Source: Daphnia carinata (taxonomy: Eukaryota). Taken from it: a DNA stretch of 64,000 nucleotides. Positions within the stretch are counted from its first letter, which is position 1. Each line of letters starts with the position of its first letter. Below are positions 50,401-64,000 of the stretch, piece by piece. The stretch is taken from contig NC_081333.1 in the NCBI RefSeq assembly GCF_022539665.2, forward strand, positions 3,100,001-3,164,000. The letters are read 5' to 3'. Both the position numbers and the translations under genes were made by a program. The notes beneath the pieces were generated by a model that was not told the DNA's origin, made no database searches, and was given only the letters and a program-made list of their open reading frames with translations.

Positions 50401-52294
50401 ATGCCGAAGAAAGAAATCGTTCATGTTTGTGTTTTCGTTCATCGAGTCAAAAATAACAAGAGAGAAATGTATACAATGCAAATCGTTTGCGTGTTGGCAA
50501 ACATTTGAAATCCGAGTTTGCTTCGTGAGCGTGAACAAACGAGAGGTTGTTCCCCTTTCAATAGCTTTTTTTTCGATGCCTTCAAGTTTTATCTGATTAG
50601 AATTTATTTGGCGAGTTTTCAAAAGAACTATAAAAAATACGAAGGAGATTTCAAAGTTGAAAGTGCGTGACATCGTTGCCACGTAGCTATCGGATTCTAA
50701 ACTTCACAAACTTCCGTTTTCCTTTTTGTCACCCTATAAACGCAGACAGTGCAAATAAAAACGGGACATGCCAACTCATCAATTATTTAAATACATAAAT
50801 TTACTGATCGTTTTTCGTAAATGCAACAAACTCGAATGCGATAACATCGTGAATTGAAAAGCCATGAAAAGGACACGTGCATCGTCTGCTATTTAAAAAG
50901 AAACATCCCCTTAAAAAATAGTGAAAGTAAAATTCTATTGACCTTATAAAGAGCGATGTATTCGATTCGCTGATGACGTCAAAAAGAAAAACAACAGTCC
51001 AGAAGAAGACGAAATTCAACATTCGTTTTTTTTTTTTTTGCAAACGTGATCAATTCACGTAGCGCATTTTGAATGTGATGGCATCTTCTTATAGCCTGCC
51101 AGCTTTCTTGGCCATTAAAAACCAAAAAGGGCTTCTTTCTCTTTCAAGGTAGAGAAAGACAAAACAATCTAGGACGATGTATCGTCCAAAACGAGCGATT
51201 CCGCCCGCGTGAGACACGGAACTGTACGGGACGCCATCTTGCCGCGAATAAAAGCCACGCAATTCAGTTTCGGTTGCTAGGCAAAAGGATAACCCACACC
51301 GTCACTTTTGACGTTCCAAAACACAACTCCGGATTGCTAACCCCCCTCCCCCTTCTTTTTTTTTTTTTTTTTGTCTCCATAAATAGCCGCTGACGTCGTG
51401 AGTGTATCATTTTGTGGCGGCATTGACTTTTAAGGGCGCGTGGGGATGTGTCAAGGTGGCGGTTAGTGAAGCGGAAAACACAAAAAGATGGATGCGAATT
51501 CCGGACGACAACCGAAAAGAAAAAACCAACCCCAACGAAAATTTCAGGGCAACTGCGAACAATTTCTTTTTTTAATTTTGGTCCGGCTCGAACACGCGTA
51601 TTCTCTCCTTAAATAGAAGGTTTTAAAAAATACAAAAACATTCTGTTTGTAGCGGCTAGTTTTCTATATGGTAATAACAAAGTCTTGACACGGGAGGCCA
51701 TCGATAATAATACATAAATAAAAAATAAATAAATGGCGAAAATGGGATGATGGGTGTAGGTTATCATCCGCGCATTCTTGAAATGCCCATAAAACGGAAG
51801 GGAAATGCTAAAATGATAGCAATCAGTGCTGAAAATGCGTTGCGTGTTATTGTGATTAACGACGGAACGTAAACCATACGCATCAACTTGAATGCGACCG
51901 CAAAAAAGTCGTAAGGAGGGGGGGGATACAAAAAATCTTGTTTTGGTAGTCCTTTTGAACCAACAGTTTTTTGTTTTTTTTGCTGGTGGGAACACTAATT
52001 TACATATCTACTGTGACTCGCTACGAGTCGCTATCAGCGACGGATAGGTGACACATTTCACACCTCTAACCGCCGCGAAGGGCTGTAGAAAAAACATTTC
52101 CAACTTTCTCTGTAAATACGCTAAAGAAAAATCCAATTTAGATTTATTTCATTCTTCATTTCGATCACGTTTATTCGATTAAAAATAATTAATAGAGAAA
52201 AAAAAGGTTAGAATAAAAAGCCTCTTCGTAACTGCTGCTGCTGCTGCAAAAAAGATAAGGTAATAGAGCTATAGTTGTTGAACGCAAATCACGA

Positions 52295-55200
52295 TTATTC
52301 GAAATCGTTTTCGTGATTGGTTGCCATGGCCATACTGGATCGGCGACGCGCTTTTATGGCGTCGTGCGCCTGGAACGCGACGGATGATCTTCGCCTGACT
52401 TCGTTCATGACCGTACTACGACGGCTGGCCAACTTGTGCAGCGTGTCTCTTCGTACCGACAGTCTATTCCTCACGTTCGGATCTTTGAATCGAATTAAAA
52501 TTTGATTAAAAAGGAATCTCAAAAATGTCAGTTTAAAAAAAAATAACAATTACCATTGGAATCGATATTCGCGCTGATTGAATCGATACGTTTACGGAAG
52601 GCGGCGTCCAAGTTGCCCGTGAATTGGGTCTTCTTCTGCGATTGTTGCAAATTGTGGATAGTACGCCGGCGGCTAACGTGATCTTTGCGATCGGAATATT
52701 TGTCCTCTTCGTCATCGTCTGCGCCTTTTAATTGTTGCAATTCTTTGGCGATCTTAATAGCGTTCTTCTCCAGGTAGGCTTCGTCCGATACGTCGTCCAT
52801 CTACGAAGGGGATGTGAATCACGTCGTTGTGGCAAATGAGTTTGCGATTTGTTTTGCGGTACCTTTTTACTGCAGGCCTTGATATCGGTGGTGGCAATGA
52901 TTTGAGAGAGTGTTCCAAAACGATGGAAGAACATGGCGACGAACTGGATAATCATGACCGAGGCGAACATCAAAAGGAAGACCATACCAATAGGTTCGAG
53001 TTGTAGATACGTCATTTCAACATTAACCTTTTTTGTAAAAAAAAGCGCCAAATTTGAAAAATGTTGAAAGAATTGATTTGAAAATTTGATTACCGTTGGC
53101 CAGCCTGGAGGATCGAAATACTCGTAGCTGATGTTGTATTGAATGCCGAGGGGCCAATCAATATGCACTTTGTCTTTCTCCAGGGTCATCAGGAAGACAA
53201 TCGTCACGTACAGCGCGTTTAGAATGAAAAATGTAAACACGGACTTGTTGCGGAGGTCCTTGAGTGCCGCAGCGATTTTAGCCTTTAAAAAAACAAAAAA
53301 AACGGTGTCATGTTTTTAAAAAGAGGATAGCTTTTAATGGACAAATTGATTTTACCTGTTCGGCTTTGTCTTCATCGATTGGGTACAAATACTTTTCGAG
53401 CATATCCTTCCAGAATTGAATTTCAGGTCCGGTGAGGAAATCCACGACACCCCGCACGAGGGCCTTATCTTCCAGCCAGTAAGGATTGATAAGAGGATCT
53501 CGCTCCTCTTTCATAGCTACATTAGATGGCAGCACTCATCAGTCGACATTATAATATTTAAACAAATAAATTCAATAAAAACAAAAAAATGTTACCTGTC
53601 ATTTCGCTATTTTCGCTGTTATCATCGCTGTAATCGTCGTACACTTCCTCGTCGTCCATCTCGTTGACAACGCTCAAATTATTCATTTCAATGTCATTGA
53701 CTTTGGCACTGCCCGAAGACGACGATAGCGGAATTCCGCCGCGGACGGATCCTCTGGTCGAACCGCCTCGTGAGAAACTCTTGCGAGGTCCGGAGAAGTT
53801 GGGATTAATAAACCTGGTGCGTTATAGCCATAAACGTTAAACAAAATGCTCAATTGAATGAAATGATAAATTGAGTTTACCTCTCGATACTGTCCAATCT
53901 CTTATTAAGAGTTGTCAGCGATTCGGATATGCAAAGCAGTTGATGTTTCTCGCCGTTGTCCGGCTTGCGGTGGACGCAGCACATAATTTTGAAGAGGCCG
54001 GCCAAAGAGAACTCGACTGATCCTTCGTCTTCTGGCTTGTCTTTTGTCGTCTGTTGGAAGAAGCTCAACAAAGCGTTGCCCTTGTTCTTCTTCTGAGCTG
54101 CCGCCATAGCGGCCGCTGCGGCCTCATCGGCGCTGCTTGATTTCTTCTTCTTCTGAGGGGCTTCACGCGTTCCCCATGAGACGTTGTTCAGGTTGCAGAC
54201 CGAGTAAATGATGAGCAACAAATACATGGAGGGTACGGTCAAGTAATAGATAAGACCGCAAGGCAAACACCAGAATTCTTGGGGATGTAACAAGGCGGCC
54301 ACGATGAAACTGGAGGCCGTAAAGACCAAGAAGATGCCCGACGGCGATAGCCATCCATCTTCGGATAACTGCAGGATGATGCCCACCATGACGGCCATCA
54401 TGACAATCGAATAAGCGACGCTCATAATCTGGGCAACAAACACCTGAAACCGAAAGTTTAAGCATGTCGTAAGACAAAGGCACTTTCCTAATTTAAAAAA
54501 TATAAATGCACACCTGGAATTTGGCTTTCGTTGTTAGGCAAATAATGATGAAAAGCAAGATGGGCACTAAATTGATCCAGAAACTTGTCCAGTTGTCAAC
54601 GTGGAAAGCTACACTCCAAGAACCGACGATCATAAGGAAAATAGTTCCAGGTCCGATAACTGTTCCAATCATCAGCATAATCTATTCAAAGCGCATGAAT
54701 TTGTTTTAGAAAATACATCAAACAATCGAAAGAAATGCAAACTCACGTGATAGCAAATGTAAGGGAATGAAATGTTGTCATTCACTTTGGTGACGCTCTC
54801 GTAATCGCCCAAAAGATCGAGGATGTTGGCCGTTGTGGAGGGAACCCAACGACGACGTTGATTGTAAAATTCATCGAATCCTTCCGGGCAGTGAGTGAAG
54901 GCATCGCTAGCTGCGCAGTATTCGACACGGTAGCCTCTTTGGAGCAAGAGGGTACACAGCCAACGATCTTCGCCCTGATCGTACTGGACGTAGTGACGGG
55001 CTTCGCTCGATTTAGTCGTGTATTTGGCCATAACGTTGTCGTCCATCAGAGCTTTGCCGCGGAAGAGGGAGAAGCATCCGGGACTGCACAACACGCAGCC
55101 AATCATGTGCTCGGTGGCTTTCTGGAGCCAATGGCCGATAGCGTACTCGAACATTTGATACCAGGCCATTAAACCTTGCATTCGTCATTTAATTAGGTAA

Positions 55201-58200
55201 CGATCGCAAGTTTCTAAAGGAATGAGATGCTACCTGATCCGACAGGATGAATGCGACCGCAAGCAGCGGCCAAGTTGGAATTTCTCTTCATCAAGTCAAT
55301 GAGTAGTCGGACAGCGTCGGGCATAAAGTCAATGTCGCCGTCGAGGGCCAGCAAGTAAGTGTTGCTAGCGATGACTTCCTTGCGATCCACAGAGATGGGC
55401 AGTTCCATCAGTTTGTGTCCCAGCAGGTAGTACATGTACATAACCTGTAGCAAACAACGTTATTGAAATCCATCCTCATATTCTAATGAAGACAAATTCT
55501 AATTTAACCTGACTCCATCTCTTCCTGTTGCGAATCTTCTGTTTGTCTTTCAAATGGCAAATGATTTTCGTTTTGCCCGGCAGAGTCCAAACTAGACGAC
55601 CTCCGTAAGGTGTTGGGTACTTTTTGGGCGCCCGAACGCGGACGTTCGTCTGGTGGACGAAGCTAGCCGCCTCGTCCATGCAGTCGATCAACATTTTCAC
55701 GTAAGAGTTGACAACCATTTCGTCATCATCGTCGTCGCTCAGCTCGAACGCGTCGTCGAAAAAGATGTGCGTCTCAATTTCGTAGTAATCCGGATCGACA
55801 ATCTATTCAATTCACATTTTTAAAATAAACAACACACCAACAAAAGAACGTCATTTGAAATACCCTCAAGTATTGTTGAGCTAATCTCCTGGAACTTTGA
55901 TCCTGATCCAGGTAAAAGATTGACTTTAAGAAAGTGACCGTTTCTTCCGTGTTTTCGTGCCACATAGTAGCGCAAGTGTAGATGCGAGTGATGTGATCGG
56001 TAGGTCTAACTCGATCTTCAGCCGAATCATCACTGCCCTCCGAGTCCGAATCGTTCATGGCCGGGCTAGGCATCACATCCTCGCCGTACTTTTGACTCAA
56101 CTCCACATCAGTCGAATCGATTTGTTTCAATTGTTTGGTCTCAACTTCGACTTCATCGTCACGTCTCCTACTCATCGCCATCGATTGGTCAACTAGGAAC
56201 GCATTGTAAAACGGGTAGACGAAGAGCTTCTCGGTGGTTGCGAGTCTTCCGCATTTCGGGGTCCAATTGTGGGACGTGATCCACGCCTGAGAAATGATCC
56301 AAAAGACCCACGCCCAGGCGTGTTGGTTGGTCAACGTGGCCAGCAGGTAACCACCGTCGGGGCATTCGAAGAACAAATGGGGCGGAATGACGTCGGAGAA
56401 CATGCAGGCGTTGCCCATTTTCAATCCGCAGAAAGTAATCAGCAGAGTGATGGTCGTAGGTACGGACAGGTTGATGGGCAGAGCGAAACCGATTCCCTGG
56501 ATACGGATTTTACAAGCGAATTTCCCGGCCAAGAAACAAGCCAAAGCCGTTCCGGCTTGAATGCAGAAAACGTAAGCGGCCGTATGGGGCCAGGCGGTCA
56601 GAGTTTCGGTTTGGGACGCACTTCCTATCGATCCGGCCACTGCACTTGTCAATCGCGTCGCTTGATCAGGCAGTTTAATCTCGGTCACGTTGTACGGGTG
56701 TTCGTGGAAAGAGATGTAAAAATAGTCGAACAAGTGGCTCACCGATCCGACAAAGATCCAATCGATGCACAACATGCAAACGAAGAAAACCGCGGTCTTC
56801 CAAACGGTCAAGAACACGTAGCTGAAATAGCGAGTCCGTTTCAAATTCTCTTTGATTCCTCCCAGGTATTTGATAACGACTGAAAGAGGGTTGAACAGCA
56901 TTGAAACTTAATCCAACAGGTAATATCAAATGAACCATTTTCTTACCGAAAGGTGAGTCTTTATCCACGTAATTCTCCCACCATCCGAACGACGTGAAGA
57001 ACAGAGAAAAGGGCAAGATCCAAACGACATTGTTGGTTGCTGACCAATTGAGCGCCGCCCACAGAAAAAGGCCACTCAGCTGGGCGAGGATGGCCAAACT
57101 GTCCGCTGTTAGCAAATAAGGAAGGGTTCGTTCGTTCGTCCCATCTCTGAAGCGTGAAAAAAATTTGAGAAGGGCTGGAACGAGGCAGACGCAATTGGTC
57201 AACATGACAGCTTCGACTACTTTCAAATTAGGCAGGACCAAGTAGACCAATAGGGCCAAGCCGATAACGTGTAACGTTTCAAACGTAGCGATGATAGAGA
57301 ATTCCATCGTGGTTGGTTTCTTCCACGTGCGGAAGAGGCAAATACGAGTCGAACGAAACCACATGAAGAATTCGGGCACGAGGAAACAAAAGAAAATGGC
57401 CCACACCCAACCAACACGCTCTTCCATGCTGACGGAGGCTTCAATTTCTCTTCCGGCACCTATTGGGCATAAATGCATAGATTTATCTACCTGTTCGTGA
57501 GGTTATTACAAAAGCAAATCATACGGGTGCTGCAGTAGGGATGTTGAACGTCCGGTTTCTTATCCGTTATTTTAATTTGCGACGTCATGAAGAGGAGAGT
57601 TCCTTTAGCAATAACAGCACCCATTAGAAAAATGCAGAACGTCACGATGTAGGCAATGACTTTGGCGATTTGAGAAAAGGCTTCCACAGCAGCCGCGTTT
57701 GCCAACGAGCCAGTCGTGTCCTTCGGCGGCTTCGTCCGGAACGGATCCCATGGTTTTCTTGGCTCTTCGCTGATAAAAGAAACAAACAAATCATTTTTTT
57801 GTGTGTGTGTGTGATTGAAGATCAAAAGTAAAAAAACCGATAGTAAACCTAAAGGACTTTCCAAAGTTAAAAAGAAATTCAGTGGTCAAATCGGGTTATG
57901 AAATCATGATCTCTAATCTCTATCAGGTCCGGCGCATGACGTGTTCTCTGACATTAAGGAGGGTTAGGAAAGCGAAATGTACGCACTACGTCACTTATTT
58001 TATCAGTAGAGGAAAACAGCATTTGATGTAGAAATCTGATAAGGCCATGAAAAAGCTTGCGAAACTTGATCTTTACAACGTCGTTTAATAATGTGAACAC
58101 ATTCCTTTAGAGCATACCTACAGGCATTCATTTAGGTCTACAGTTTTGTGTGACTTATGTAACATACCCTGTTGGCCCGTTGAGAGGTGTTTCTTCTTCA

Positions 58201-58250
58201 TCGCTGAAGTCGTCGTAGCCGTCGACCAACCTGGCCGTCTCCATGGCCAT
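52295..58250 (-). CDS. CHS: Chitin synthase (arthropod type)
   Basis: CATMWHE, KRWSQ, ALDGD, QGEDRW, QRRRW, WGTRE motifs; N- and C-terminal transmembrane clusters; first coding exon 58250-58168. Confidence 0.95.
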
Positions 58251-59456
58251 CTCGGAAGACGTTTGTAGGTGTCAACCAGTCAGGGGTAAAAATGTCGCAA
58301 CACCCACTTCCTAGGGAGTGAATGATGATTAGAAATGAAATCGAATACGTGAATAAAATCCTGCATTAAGCGACTCGAGCATTTGCTAGTGATTATTATT
58401 ATTAAAAAATAAATGTGATCTCATCTGGCCATGTTGTCAACAACAGCTGCCACCAAAGATTTCTACCTGATAGTTGTCACACAATAAAGACAGATCAGAG
58501 ACTCAAATATTAGTCAACACTTCTAATCACTTTCATTCTCACGGTAGTGACAGTAATGCAAGCAGTTTGAATAAATCATTAACAATTGAAAGTGGACAAA
58601 AATGAGACCTACCTGTATAGATGATCACAGTGCACTATTAAGCAAAAAAACAAATTACTTTGGGCTAGACAAAAAATGGGAGACAATGTCAGACCGACCT
58701 TGCTCCAGTAAAAATTTTAAGACCACTGAAGTTGCCCTTGCCGTCGATTAGATGGCTTGTCTCCGCACTGTTGATAACGTGAAAAAAAAATCTGCGGGAT
58801 TAATGTATGCCCTGACAATGAGCGCAACGTAGGTCTTATCATATCACCTATCATTTTTTAACTCCTCACACCTCTGCCTTGTTTTATATGATACCCATAA
58901 GCTGACGTGGAAGAGTACAGTTGGCCTTGTCGAGAGAGAAAAAAACATTTGATTCCAATTAATGGACGTTGATTGTCATACAAAAACCGGGTACAACACA
59001 TTGAAAAAAGATTTCCGGATAAACCTTTTCATTTATTCGTTTTCCTTTTATATTTTGAATATTCATAGGTTGTTGATGTCCTGATTCCATCTCGTTTACA
59101 ACTTAGGAAAAGTGTTGCAATAGCCGTCAGGGCAAGACGTTTCACTGGCACTGCATTTAGCACGTTGCCCCATAGGTTTGTTATGTCCGAAGAATTGGGT
59201 ATGTATAGACAAACTTGTTTCTGGTACGTCTACCCCTAATCTTATATAAGTGTACGAGCCATGCTTTGGTTGCTTTCATTTCATTTAGGACATTTAAAGA
59301 AAAGATCGTCGCCTTGGCAAGTCGTGGTTGCAGTTTGCTCTTCGATCAAAGAATTTTTAGAACCCAGTTGTTAATCTGGAGATTTTTCAAATTTTTATAT
59401 CTCCATTCTGAATTGTTATTCATTTCCAACCGTTTGATTTTGTATTGCTTATTAAA

Positions 59457-61548
59457 ATGCAATTAAAAGCGTCCGTTATTTTCATCGTTTTCACGCTGGG
59501 ACTGTGCACGATCGGGAGTAGCCTCCAACACGATGGTAAGTCAATACAAGATTCTCAGGATCTTGTAAATTCAAAATCGCAAGGTGTCATTGTTAAACTT
59601 CCATGAAAACTAATTACTTTTTACGTACAATTTAACGGTAGCTAAAAATTATTGTTTCAAACGTGATGCTTGTTTTCACAACAAACTATTGAGCATGCAA
59701 AGAGTCACGTACACATGTGATCCGAGCCTCACGTCTTTTGGACGTTCGTGAACTTTTCCTTACTCTTTTGCTCATCCCAAAGAGATTTATCTTATCTGAC
59801 TGGCAGCTGTCTGACCAGAGAAAACATGGTATTAAATATCTCCTTCCGTATACTATGCAGATATACTCATTGCCGTTGGCGATCAACTTGGATTTCTAAC
59901 CAATGGAAGCTTGTACCGCACGCTGACGTTAGATTCTTTCAATGCATCAAAGTTGTCAGCCCTAACGTACGATGCCACAACACGGAAGTTATTCTTCTCC
60001 GATCGACGACATCGAAACGGTCACATTTTCAGTATCAAACTTGACAACGAAGCACGTCATACTGTGGAAGATATCGTCAAAAGTAGGTCAGACATTTATC
60101 ACGTTACCACAATGTTGGCTAATTAGTTTGTTCTTTGATTGAAAACAGAAAACAGCAATGAAACTGTGGAGAGTTTGGCGTACGATCCTGTAGATCAAAT
60201 GCTATTATGGACCGATGGATTTAATCGATCCATCCGTCGTGTTCAAGTCGATCACGACAGCGTTCACGTTGAAGAGAGCGCAACTGTTGAGATTGTGCAT
60301 TTCTTGGACAAAGAAGATAAACCACGTGGATTGGTGGCCGATCCGTGCACCAGGTATAAACATATCAATATTCCATAAACAAGGTTTTTTATAAAGACAT
60401 TATTGTTTCAGAAATTTATATTGGACAAACCGGTACATGTCCCACCCGACTATTGAACGTTCGTTTCTCAATGGAAGTCATCGAGAAGTTCTCATTAAGA
60501 CTGATTTGTTGTTGCCCAACGCACTCGACCTGGACGTGCAAGAACAGATGTTGTACTGGGCTGACAATCACCGCAAGGGCTACTTTAGCATCGAAAGAAG
60601 CTTCGTGAATGGCACGGGAAAACAAGAAATTTATCGAGGAATCGGCCAGTTTGTCGTCAGTCTAGCAGTATGTAAACAATCCGTCCTTTCTTTAGAGATC
60701 CTTTTGTCTTTATTGTCCATTCTCTTACAAGGTGGGCACTGATTACGTGTACTGGAGCGACTACGATCACAAACACATTTGGTCTTTACCCAAGGATGGA
60801 TCTTCTAAGAATCCCATCATACTCCGCACATTCCGTAATCCAGTAATGGGCGTCACAATCTTTCGTCATCAACCTTATGATTGCAGAGTAGTTTCTGTTC
60901 CAATTGAAAATTCTGAACTGCCTGTCCAGCAAGAACAGCTATCCAAATACGACGATGCTGATTTGTGTTTAGGTTTTTGCTACAATAACGGGGACTGTAT
61001 TCTTGTTAATTCCGATTTACGTTGCAGGTAAATATGCTCTTAATTTCCTATCTTGATAATACCTCACTCGATTGATTGGTTATAGTTGTCCGGTCGGATT
61101 CAGCGGCGAACGATGTGAATTAGAGTCTGGCAAAAAGGATTGCGAAACTTTCGTTGACAGCAATCAATTCCAGATAATATTTCTGATATGCATAATTATT
61201 ACGTGCGTGATCTTGCTCGTTATTGCGGTGATGCTCAGTGTTCAATTTATGAAGTTAACGCGTGAGAAGCAACCCCGAGTGTTTCGAAGGAGGTTTCTGG
61301 CACGCCCTAACAAAAATGAAAACACTTTGCCAGTTCATGATTTGGAGGATTGCTGCAATTCATTCGCCATGTGTGAAAGGGTAATACAATGTGCTTTATT
61401 ATGATTCACAACATAAATAATTGACAAAGAAAATTTTCGTTATTTTTAGCCGTGTGCCCAGCAACAGAACGTAAACGCCACAGCAAAGGAGTTAGGCTGG
61501 GAAAACAATGGGGCGGATTGTTCTGTTCTGCTCAAATGTGAATTTTGA
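59457..61548 (+). CDS. cue: Cueball-like YWTD beta-propeller / EGF single-pass membrane protein
   Basis: Signal-peptide exon at 59457; FFSD, LWTD, YWTN, YWAD and YWSD repeats; EGF CYNNGDC..CRCSCPVGFSGERCE; TM IIFLICIIITCVILLVIAVML; short tail with DLEDCC. Gene symbol is by domain architecture. Confidence 0.75.
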
Positions 61549-62439
61549 TATCGATCGAGGATTCATTGCTATTCCGTCAATGAATACCATGAACATGCAT
61601 AGAATTTTATCATTGTAAACTATCATCGTTCATTTGTGTCGCCAAAGTGTTTCTCATTGGATTACTTTTGTCAATGGGCCCATTGCTTAACGTTCCCGTC
61701 GTTTTCGCAAATCGTACGTGGTTGTGTTTGTAAAATACAAACAGAGTCGTGAAAATAATCTGCTGGATCCTCGAAACTGGTTGATTTCAGTGGAAATTAG
61801 ATTTTTTAAATTATTATAACAAAAGAAATTCGAACCCGTGTAATTGGTATGGCAGCCGGAAACTATGTCACATCGCCATACTTACTTTACGATTACCTAG
61901 GGGGCGCTCAACCGTGAATAATATTTCTTTTATTAATATTTTTGCAGGGTCATTTGAAAAGATACGAATCTGTCTATCCGGTTTTCTTTTGCTATCCGAA
62001 GCCGACCCAAACCGAAATCTAGCAGTTCGGTGGGCCAGCGGCCATACCTTCGTGAGTCCGTTCTTTGTTCTTGTCACGTTACAAGTTTTATACCACTCCG
62101 TTGTATACGTCTCTCCCCCTTTCTCTGACGTGATCAAATACATTCGATTTTTGCATCATTCACAGTTTTTTATTGCAATCGGCAAATGTTATGTGCAAGA
62201 AAAGTGCGCCTGGAAAGGGTTAGATTAAAGTCATAAAGCTGGCAGTGGAATAACAAAATATATCATAATTCAAATCCGCAAAAGCAGATCTGGAAGTTAT
62301 TTTGTTTGCACACCCCACCTGTTTTTATCGCTTCATGTGCTTGTTTTTTTTTTCTTGTTTTTTCCCATCGGTAACTTCTTTTTCATCTCGACAGTTCCTA
62401 GAATCTCCAAACATTTTCAGAAAAAAATTCGCAAGTGCG

Positions 62440-62640
62440 TCAAAATTTGGGGGAAGGGTGAACAAAAATCCATGATGGCCGCCCCTTTTTTTTCCGAATC
62501 ACAAGCACATGAAAATGGGGGAAGGGCGAACAGAAATCCATGATGGCCGCTCTCTCTATCTTTTTTTTTGAGACACACAAGGGCATGCAGAAGTGGGGGG
62601 GAAGGGAGTACAAAATTCCATGATGGCCGCTTTCACTTTC
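62440..62640. repeat. Three degenerate GGAAGGG-n-AA(A/T)TCCATGATGGCCGC units, related in inverted orientation to the left part of repeat copies A and D
   Basis: CCATGATGGCCGC at ~62470, ~62538 and ~62618; reverse complement resembles AAAGCGGCCATCATGAATTTT at ~1014-1035. Confidence 0.6.
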
Positions 62641-63136
62641 TTTCTAATCCCCCAGCAGCTGTCAGTCAGCGTTGACGCGTTGGCACTAACCTTAACGACT
62701 TGTAAGCGGCCACTGTGTCGATAAGACGAGATGTGAAACACTTTGGCGGAAAAATAAGCTCTAACTATTCCCCATGGATCTTCCTTTTTTCAGAAAGTTC
62801 TCACGGCTTCAAACGTTGTTTCTTCGTTAGTGTTTTTGTTTTTGCCTTATTCTTGTTACCATGAGCGACAGTAAATTCGCATTTTTGCTGCTCGTCTTTA
62901 CAACTGTAGCCATAGACGAAAAACAGTTGGATTTTGGATAAATTAAATAAAAGGTACTAAAGTTGTTTTTGTTGCTTTATCGAATTTTTTTTGTCCTTAA
63001 ACATCACGTGATCGCAAGATATCAACAAGATGTCGATCTAAATCTGTAACATCAGACCGATATCAAACTGATAGTATCTCGACGCTATATTCAAGTTTAA
63101 TGCTGGAGTCATTTGATTTTCTAGACGTGTTCTACT

Positions 63137-64000
63137 ATGACGAAATTAAGTATCATCCTAGTCCTTCTATTTACGGTGGAGCAGATTCGGAGCTCTCCGG
63201 CCGGCCGAGTCGAACAGGTAGTTCTTGACACGTATGAAATCAAGGCGAGGGCCGTCCTGGATCGTGTGCCTCTCATCGATGGGTAAAAGAAGCTTAATTA
63301 TTTAAAGTAGCCAGTTTTTTGCATGATGAATTTACTTTTTTAGCCACAATGACTTTGCCATGTCCCTACGTTACTATGCAAGGAACCAAGTTGGAGATCT
63401 GGACATCAATGATTTAACCACCTTGGAACCGTGGGCCAGTTCCCCTTCGTCACACACGGATATCAATAGACTTCGTCAAGGAAAAGTCGGCGCCCAGGTA
63501 AATTACAGTTTTAAGTATAGCAGTAAAATAGTGAAAAACATTTGTTATTGAATTCTCATAGTTTTGGTCAGCCTACGTGGGTTGCACAACCCAATACAAG
63601 GACGCTGTGTCTAAAACATGGGAACAGATTGACGTCATCCATCGATTTGTGGATGCTAATCCGACTACCTTTGAATTCGTTACATCTGCGCAAGGTACGT
63701 ATGATAACTCAATATGAAGTTAATGAAGCAGATCGCTTGCAATTTTAAAAATAAGGGATTGAGGACGCGTTCACCCAGGGGAAAATTGGAAGTCTGATTG
63801 GAGTTGAAGGTGGCCATTCAATCGATAGCTCTTTGGCCGTTCTCCGTATGATGTACGACATGGGTGTACGTTACATGACAATGACGCATTCATGTGCTAC
63901 TCCATGGTAATAGAATAAATAAAATTTCGTGCGTAATCAATAAGCGAATGTATTTTAACTAGGGCCGATAATTCGCAAGTGGATAATCCAGGCGGTGTAG
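63137..64000 (+). CDS. Membrane dipeptidase (peptidase family M19), 5' part
   Basis: Signal peptide [63 protein letters not shown]; runs off the window end. Confidence 0.92.

Noticed and set aside
42800..52200. Many short F/K-rich ORFs in peroxidasin intron 1 and the intergenic region
   Set aside because: They arise from poly-A/T tracts and CA/TA microsatellites; no splice or motif support.
52800..53400. Mutually exclusive alternative exon as in insect CHS1
   Set aside because: Flanking introns are only ~55-75 bp and a single copy of the exon is present.
56269..56883. 204-aa + strand ORF, and similar ORFs at 38706-39218 and 29114-29785
   Set aside because: Antisense or alternative-frame shadows of chitin synthase, peroxidasin and SLC34 exons with no independent motifs.

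Overview
AT-rich eukaryotic (arthropod) genomic DNA with compact 55-80 bp GT-AG introns. Gene content and intron style look like a water flea (Daphnia-like), which is inference only. The first ~27 kb is a rearranged tandem-duplication region on the + strand. It holds eight stand-alone IRE1-type kinase-domain genes (K1 is cut by the window edge; K4 and K7 have HRN for HRD and are predicted pseudokinases), one kinase pseudogene and one promoter remnant. Interleaved are a divergent ionotropic receptor (one intact, one pseudogene), a short-chain dehydrogenase (one intact, two remnants), a dispersed element with ~150-bp internal subunits that sits at the duplication junctions, and a small MITE. The remainder is more ordinary: two tandem SLC34 Na/Pi cotransporter paralogs (the second with altered ion-site residues), an SSAT-like GNAT acetyltransferase, peroxidasin (-), chitin synthase (-), a cueball-like YWTD/EGF membrane protein (+) and the 5' part of an M19 membrane dipeptidase (+). 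The best candidate for an undescribed system is the array of kinase-only IRE1 derivatives. All gene models were spliced by eye and no database search was run.
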